DNA of 64,000 nucleotides from a virus (lineage: Duplodnaviria > Caudoviricetes), in IMG/VR virus record IMGVR_UViG_3300025121_000014, positions 168,945 through 232,944 of that record; one strand, given 5' to 3'. Every line of letters begins with the position of its first letter. The stretch's first letter is position 1. Positions 58,258-64,000 of this stretch are shown here, in pieces. The notes under the pieces are model-generated. The model made no database searches. It saw only the letters and a program-made list of their open reading frames with translations, and was not told the DNA's origin. Made by a program: the position numbers and the translations under genes.

Positions 58258-58812
58258 ATGAAAAATGAATTATTAGATTATGATACTGCGAAATTTAAAA
58301 AATTTGGTGGTGAAGTAATTGATGATGTAGCTGAATACATCAAGAATTATATTAAAGACCGGAGTAATATCAGAATTGTCGTAGGATGTGATTCACAACA
58401 AAAAAGAAGAATTACATTATATGCTATTACTATTGTATTATATGATGAAGTAAAGCATAAAGGAGCACACGTATTATTCTTAAGACAAAAATTGAAAAAA
58501 AATAAAGATATGTTTTCAAGGTTAATGAACGAATGCTTATTTTCATTAAATCTTGCTGAATGGTTAAATGAAAAGTTAAAATATTCATATACACCACCTA
58601 AATTTGAAGTAAATTCTTATGATGGTAATTTACCAACTAAAAAAATTGAAGTTCATGTTGATGTAAATCCAATTGCAGGTAGAAATAAACAAAATAAATC
58701 TAATATTGTTTATAATTCTGTTATGGGTATGGTAAGTGGAATGGGTTATAAAGTCGTTTCTAAACCATATGCATATGCTGCTAGTTGTGCTGCAGATTTA
58801 TTAGTAAAATAA
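58258..58812 (+). CDS. RNase H-like protein (YkuK/DUF458)
   Basis: VGCDSQ, RL.NE..FS, IEVHVDVN, KP.AYAASCAAD. Confidence 0.8.
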   Translation: MKNELLDYDTAKFKKFGGEVIDDVAEYIKNYIKDRSNIRIVVGCDSQQKRRITLYAITIVLYDEVKHKGAHVLFLRQKLKKNKDMFSRLMNECLFSLNLAEWLNEKLKYSYTPPKFEVNSYDGNLPTKKIEVHVDVNPIAGRNKQNKSNIVYNSVMGMVSGMGYKVVSKPYAYAASCAADLLVK

Positions 58813-58935
58813 TATTTCTGTTTTTAATATATAATATGTATGATGAATAAAATTTACACAAAAATAAAATATTCCGTTATCGTTTTTAATTAAACTTTAA
58901 TGGATTTTTTATTTAAAAAATAATGTAATAAATTT

Positions 58936-59685
58936 ATGAATAGAGTTTATCCTAAAAAAAGAAACGGAAATGGAAATGGAAATGGTAGTGATGTTATGGA
59001 GTTAATAAAATTAGAAGAAATTACTAAATCACCAAATCAAATTTTAAAAAGAAATATAAAAATTAAATGTAAAAACGAGAAACAAAAAGAATTTATAAAA
59101 CTTATCGATAATAATCAAATAATATTATGTGATGGTCCATCTGGTTGTGGAAAATCTCATTTATCTATATTGAAATCGTTAAGTTATCTTACAGATGAAA
59201 ATACAAAATATAATAAAATATATATTTTAACACCGACTGTCGAAATAACTAAAAATGGTGTAGGTTTTTTACCTGGTTCTTTTTCTGATAAAGTATCTAT
59301 GTTTATGCATAGTGTATATAATTTATTCGATAAAATAATTGGTAAAGAAAATAGTGATAAATTATTAAAAGAAAATATAATTGAAATTTTAGGTCTAGGG
59401 TATATAAGAGGAGAAAATTTAGATAATTGTCTACTTATCGTAGATGAAGCTCAGAATATATCAAAAAAAGAAATGTTAACAATATTAACTAGGATAGGTA
59501 GTAATTGTAAAATGATTATATCTGGTGATATAATGCAAATTGATAATTTTAAAAATAAGGAAGAAAGTGGATTATATCATGCTATTCAAAATTTAAAAGA
59601 TATTAATGATATAGGTATATTTAAATTTACAATAGACGATATAGTAAGAAATACAATTATAAATAAAATATTAGAAAAATATTAA
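58936..59685 (+). CDS. phoH: PhoH-family ATPase
   Basis: GPSGCGKS, GFLPG, RG..LDN..IVDEAQN, LTRIG, GD..QID. Confidence 0.92.
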   Translation: MNRVYPKKRNGNGNGNGSDVMELIKLEEITKSPNQILKRNIKIKCKNEKQKEFIKLIDNNQIILCDGPSGCGKSHLSILKSLSYLTDENTKYNKIYILTPTVEITKNGVGFLPGSFSDKVSMFMHSVYNLFDKIIGKENSDKLLKENIIEILGLGYIRGENLDNCLLIVDEAQNISKKEMLTILTRIGSNCKMIISGDIMQIDNFKNKEESGLYHAIQNLKDINDIGIFKFTIDDIVRNTIINKILEKY

Positions 59686-59763
59686 TATTTCATAAATAAT
59701 TTATTATAATATTTTTGTTTTTTGTATAAATATTTTTTATCTTAGCGATATTAAATAATTTAT

Positions 59764-61134
59764 ATGAACCAATTACAAATATTAAAAGTTATTGAATCTT
59801 GGCGTAAACCGGGAAGATTAGGTGTATCTATTAATGATGTAGATAAATATTTAAACTATGAAGATGTAAAACATTGGTTTTATGTAAATGGTTTTAGTGA
59901 TAATTGGTTTTATATTGCCGTTTATGATAGTTTAATTGTGGGTTATTATTTTAGAAATAATAGAGTTGGTGGAAGAGTTGAAGTATTACCCGCTTTTAGA
60001 AAAAGCGGTATATATGGTCATCTTAATGTTTATAAAGAATTATTAAATAGAATTACAGAAAGATTTCCTAATGAATTTTATTCCACAGTTAGTTGTTTAA
60101 ATATTCCATCATTATCTTCACATTTTAAAAATAATTTTAAAATCGATGTCATTAACCATTATGAAAATGAAAAAGATGATTTCATTTATAATTTGATAAC
60201 AAAAGTTGTAATGGGTAAAAAAAATATTGATGAAAATCCTATAAGTAAAAGAAAAATAAAATTAAATTTGTTTTATGAATATGGTGATAAATCTTATAGA
60301 TATGATGATAAAACGAACTTTTTTAATATCAAAAAAATGTTCATTGATTATTCACGTGAAATAAAATGTTATGTTTTAACACGTAATGGTAAAATATATT
60401 TAGAAAAAAAAGATAACGAATTCGAATTTCCAGAAGGATATAAAAATAAATTTAATGTATATGACGTTAAATATAAATTAATATACCCTAAAGTATCAAC
60501 TAAAATAATTAAAGATAAATCTGTTGTAAAAAAAGATGATTTAAATATTGAAGAAATTAATAAAAAAAATACTTTAATTGATTGGTTTAATAAATTGAAA
60601 CCACTTAATGTTAATTATAGATTATCAATGGAAATACAAAAAAAAGAAATTAGAATAAACAAAGCTAGAAAAAAACAAAAAGAAATGGATAAAATAAAAA
60701 AAGCCGAAAAATTAAAAGTAGAAAAACTTCAAAAATCTGAAAAAATAAGAATCAAAAAACTTAATATAAAAAATAAATTTCTTAAAATTTTTAGATTTAA
60801 AAATTCAAATGAAACAGAAATAGAAAATCTACAAAGAAGCATTTTTGAACAATCTAAAAAATTAAATAAAAATGAAATTAATGATATTAGAGAAAATTTC
60901 ATTAAAAAAGGTAAAGAATTAAAAACTGATATTGTTCCACGTGGAACAATACCAAAAAAGAATGTTGTTAATGGTTTTGCAAGTCATAGACATCTTAAAA
61001 AAAATGAAGCAATTATATCACCTGATGGTTTTATAGAAACCAAACCTAAAATAGAAGAATTTAAGAAAAAAGAAATTTCTGATGATGGAAAAGAAACATT
61101 ATGGGGAAAAATACAAAACAATTTAAATAATTAA
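59764..61134 (+). CDS. Hypothetical protein with a GNAT-like N-terminus and Lys-rich coiled C-terminus
   Basis: VEVLPAFRKSGIY and N.PS...H.KNNF resemble GNAT motifs A and B. Confidence 0.55.
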   Translation: MNQLQILKVIESWRKPGRLGVSINDVDKYLNYEDVKHWFYVNGFSDNWFYIAVYDSLIVGYYFRNNRVGGRVEVLPAFRKSGIYGHLNVYKELLNRITERFPNEFYSTVSCLNIPSLSSHFKNNFKIDVINHYENEKDDFIYNLITKVVMGKKNIDENPISKRKIKLNLFYEYGDKSYRYDDKTNFFNIKKMFIDYSREIKCYVLTRNGKIYLEKKDNEFEFPEGYKNKFNVYDVKYKLIYPKVSTKIIKDKSVVKKDDLNIEEINKKNTLIDWFNKLKPLNVNYRLSMEIQKKEIRINKARKKQKEMDKIKKAEKLKVEKLQKSEKIRIKKLNIKNKFLKIFRFKNSNETEIENLQRSIFEQSKKLNKNEINDIRENFIKKGKELKTDIVPRGTIPKKNVVNGFASHRHLKKNEAIISPDGFIETKPKIEEFKKKEISDDGKETLWGKIQNNLNN

Positions 61135-61866
61135 TTATCTTTTGTGTTCATTTGAATAAACTCCTTCTACTATTGCATCATCTGGTAATACTAAATTAAA
61201 TCTACTACGTTGATAATTACAATATAAATTTCCACCTACATATAATTTTTTACCAATAGTAGTAATAGCATTATTATTTAATTGCAAATCCCCTTCTACT
61301 CTTAAATTATTTGGAATTTTAGTTATATTATTTTTATTTAAATTCAAATTCTTATTTACTTTAAAATTATTTGGAATTTCAGATATTTTATTATTTGATA
61401 AGTAAATACTGCCATCATAACTATTATAATTTGTTTTTAATACTTTTAATTTTTTTGGGAATTCTGTTATATTGTTATTTGGTGCGTACAAATATCCATT
61501 AATTGTAAAATTATCTGGTAATTTATCTATTTTTAAATCATCGTGTAATAAATTTAGGGAATTGATTATTAAAGTTTTATTATAAAAACAAATACCTTGT
61601 TCGTTTCTTGGTAATAAATCATAATCTAGTTTATTTCTAATAATTTGATATATTTTTTCATCATTTGATAAGTCATCTAATGCAAAAATCAATTCTTCTT
61701 TGGTTGGTAGAAAATTTTTAGGCAATCCAAATTCATAAATTTTTTCTACCTGTTCAAATACGTTTAAACTTTTTAATGAATTTAATATTTCATTATCAGA
61801 TTTACCTTTAAGGGTATCCATAATACTTTCATTGATAAATATTTGGAATTTTGTAATCATTTTCAT
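61135..61866 (-). CDS. CTS plus two helical repeats plus LRR-like repeat protein
   Basis: KFQIFINE|SIMDTLKGKSDNEI; about five 22-aa L.V.G.L.L....I..[LI]P.. repeats. Confidence 0.7.
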   Translation of the reverse strand: MKMITKFQIFINESIMDTLKGKSDNEILNSLKSLNVFEQVEKIYEFGLPKNFLPTKEELIFALDDLSNDEKIYQIIRNKLDYDLLPRNEQGICFYNKTLIINSLNLLHDDLKIDKLPDNFTINGYLYAPNNNITEFPKKLKVLKTNYNSYDGSIYLSNNKISEIPNNFKVNKNLNLNKNNITKIPNNLRVEGDLQLNNNAITTIGKKLYVGGNLYCNYQRSRFNLVLPDDAIVEGVYSNEHKR

Positions 61867-61913
61867 ATCTTTGTGTTTAAATATATCTACATATTAATTT
61901 TATATATAAAAAT

Positions 61914-63137
61914 ATGTTAATAGAAAAACTTAAAACAAAAATAGATTTACCTGAAGATATTCTTGTCTTTCATCGTTTATTCGATAAAGAAGGTCAAAAA
62001 TTATTTGTTGTTGGTGGAGCTGTTAGAGATTTTGTAATGAGAAAGAAACCACATGACTATGATTTGGTTACTGATGCATTGCCAGAAGTTACTATGAAAA
62101 TTTTAAAAGATTTTAAAACTGATTTACAAGGTGTAAAGTTTGGTATTGTTCGTGTATTTACAAAAGATGAACCAGGTGGATATGAGATAGCATCTTACAG
62201 AAAAGATATATCTAAAGGTAGAAATACAAAAGGTGATGATAAAAAAGTAGAAATAGGTAAATATATTACTATTGAAGATGATGTTAGAAGAAGGGATTTA
62301 ACCATAAATGCGTTATATTATGATATAGGAAGTCAAGAAATTATTGATGTTGTAGGTGGATTAAATGATATCAGAAATAAAATTGTTAGATCGGTTGGTA
62401 ATCCTGATAAAAGATTCGGCGAAGATCGATTAAGAATAATTAGGGCAATAAGATTTGCTGCAACAACAGGTAGTGATATTGATAATGAAACAGCTAGTGC
62501 AATTCATAGAGATAATAGATTATTTGGTATTTCATATGAAGATGATGTATCTAAAGAAAGAATTTTTAAAGAATTTATAACTGTAAAACAAAAAGCTAAA
62601 ATCAACAATGATGGTTATATGTTAAAAAGGTTTATTGAAATGTTAATTGAATTTGGAATTTTACAACAAGTATTTCCTGTTCTTGTAGCTGAAAAAGATA
62701 TTAAACCTACTACATATTTGACAGTAGCATTAGCACAAACATTAAGAAGAAATACAATAAATAATGAATTTAAAGAAACTTTAATAAATGCTAGAATTTA
62801 TAAAGATTATGTAGAAATTATAGCATTATTAATTGATATATATAAAAATGGTGTTGATCCTAAAAATATTTTTGATTTATATACATCTCTTATATCCAAA
62901 AGTGTAAGAAAAGATATTTTAGAAGAATGGTATAGAGTTATGAATATTAAAGATAAATATGCAAAAGCATTGTTATATTATAGACCATCAGTAAGGGGTA
63001 ATGATATAATTGATGATGGATTTAGAGGATCCGAAATTGGTGTAGAAAAGAATAGAAGAGAAACTGAAAAATTCCTTGAATTAGTAGATAAATTAAATGA
63101 ATCTACTATTTTAAAATTCGATGAATTTAAAATATAA
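61914..63137 (+). CDS. cca: Class II tRNA nucleotidyltransferase (CCA-adding/poly(A) polymerase family)
   Basis: VGGAVRD..DYD, RRDLTINA, EDRLRIIRAIRF, SKERI..E; no HD domain. Confidence 0.88.
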   Translation: MLIEKLKTKIDLPEDILVFHRLFDKEGQKLFVVGGAVRDFVMRKKPHDYDLVTDALPEVTMKILKDFKTDLQGVKFGIVRVFTKDEPGGYEIASYRKDISKGRNTKGDDKKVEIGKYITIEDDVRRRDLTINALYYDIGSQEIIDVVGGLNDIRNKIVRSVGNPDKRFGEDRLRIIRAIRFAATTGSDIDNETASAIHRDNRLFGISYEDDVSKERIFKEFITVKQKAKINNDGYMLKRFIEMLIEFGILQQVFPVLVAEKDIKPTTYLTVALAQTLRRNTINNEFKETLINARIYKDYVEIIALLIDIYKNGVDPKNIFDLYTSLISKSVRKDILEEWYRVMNIKDKYAKALLYYRPSVRGNDIIDDGFRGSEIGVEKNRRETEKFLELVDKLNESTILKFDEFKI

Positions 63138-63146
63138 AATAACAAA

Positions 63147-63239
63147 ATGGCTTTTAAATTTTTATTAAGATTCGATGATTTATTAGAAAAAGTTCAAGAT
63201 GATTTTTTTGAAAAAAATCCTGATTTTTATTTATATTGA
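63147..63239 (+). CDS. Possible 30-aa peptide (MAFKFLLRFDDLLEKVQDDFFEKNPDFYLY)
   Basis: Starts 9 nt after the cca stop and ends at the TnpB element boundary; short, so uncertain. Confidence 0.3.
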   Translation: MAFKFLLRFDDLLEKVQDDFFEKNPDFYLY

Positions 63240-63241
63240 CC

Positions 63242-63286
63242 GTCAAAGAAAACCGTTAAATCTTCAGTTTAATGGATGAATTTGAC
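63242..63286 (+). mobile_element. Candidate left-end hairpin of an IS200/IS605-type (IS1341-like) element
   Basis: GTCAAA...TTTGAC outer inverted repeat enclosing a CCGTTAAA-TCTTCAG-TTTAATGG hairpin, 5' of tnpB. Confidence 0.55.
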
Positions 63287-63319
63287 TTTCAAAAATGGGA
63301 AAAAGTGACTTTTTTTGTT

Positions 63320-63328
63320 TAATATATA
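63320..63328 (+). promoter_or_regulatory. TAATATATA motif upstream of tnpB
   Basis: Exact motif 26 nt upstream of the 63355 ATG. Confidence 0.5.
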
Positions 63329-63354
63329 CTTATAGAAAAAAAAAATTACCATAA

Positions 63355-64000
63355 ATGTTAAAAGCATTCAAATATAGAATCTATCCAAACCAAGATCAAA
63401 AAGAATTACTTTCAAAGATTTTTGGTCAAGTGAGATTTGTATATAATCTAGGTTTAGAAACTAAAATTAGTGCTTATACTGGAAACAAAAAACACCTTGA
63501 TATGTTTAATTTAACTAAACAAATTAAAGAATTAAAAGATACTGAATGCCAATGGCTTAACGAAAGCCCATCTCAAGCACTTCAAATGAGTATTAGAAAT
63601 CTTGATAATGCTTATACAAACTTTTTTAGAGGAAAAGGTTTTCCAAAATTTAAGAATAAATATTCAAAACAATCATTTCAGTTACCTCAAGGTGTATATT
63701 TAAGTGATACCAAAAAACAAATTTTCATACCAAAATTAAAATTCACAGATATAGATTATCATAGAGAATTTAAAGGTGAAATTAAAACGGTAAATGTAAG
63801 TAAATCAGTAACTAATAAATATTATATAAGTATTTTAGTAGATAACAAAAAAGAATTACCTGAAAAACAACCAATTAAATTAAATACAACGGTTGGTGTT
63901 GATTTAGGGATTAAAGATTTTGCTATCACTTCAGATGGAAAGAAATTCAAGAACCACGATTTCTTTAAATCTGCTTTAAGAGAACTAAGGGTTGAACAGC
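63355..64000 (+). CDS. tnpB: TnpB RNA-guided endonuclease (IS200/IS605 family), truncated by the window end
   Basis: Hand-translated MLKAFKYRIYPN...GQVRFVYN...SQALQ....LDNAY.NFF....FPKFK...VGVDLGIKDFAITSDG (RuvC-I Asp present); no tnpA upstream. Confidence 0.92.
   Translation, partial: MLKAFKYRIYPNQDQKELLSKIFGQVRFVYNLGLETKISAYTGNKKHLDMFNLTKQIKELKDTECQWLNESPSQALQMSIRNLDNAYTNFFRGKGFPKFKNKYSKQSFQLPQGVYLSDTKKQIFIPKLKFTDIDYHREFKGEIKTVNVSKSVTNKYYISILVDNKKELPEKQPIKLNTTVGVDLGIKDFAITSDGKKFKNHDFFKSALRELRVEQ

Overview
This is a very AT-rich (about 20% GC by eye), densely coding 64-kb fragment that reads as a jumbo/huge myophage genome of the T4-like supergroup. Evidence includes a baseplate wedge, a tail-tube-like protein, PhoH, a DUF458 RNase H-like protein and T4-type capsid-targeting N-termini. 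The host is probably Bacteroidota (inference). Layout: (1) 1-26.2 kb, minus strand: two tandem PspC genes, then about 30 contiguous nucleotide-sugar, glycosyltransferase and methyltransferase genes with no flippase, polymerase or initiating transferase, including a His-type ColD plus Gmd plus Fcl set (candidate colitose pathway). (2) 26.3-31.6 kb: a single-chain type IIA topoisomerase fractured at its EGD|SA motif by a naturally split intein, with a free-standing homing endonuclease between the halves; the IntN half carries a duplicated block-B segment. (3) 31.7-64 kb: tmk, an exonuclease, structural genes, three more homing endonucleases, ribosomal protein S1, a CCA-adding enzyme and a TnpB element truncated by the window edge. 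Dispersed through the right half is a family of about 9-10 genes with T4 internal-protein-like N-terminal tags (MKT[F/Y]xEFxNE). Five of them share a shuffled ~32-aa helical repeat fused to different cargo domains (ankyrin, LRR-like, unknown). This family is the best candidate for an undescribed system: a modular set of capsid-packaged, injected effectors. A TAATATATA motif recurs upstream of many genes. No tRNA, rRNA or CRISPR array was recognised. All family assignments come from motif recognition by eye, not database searches.
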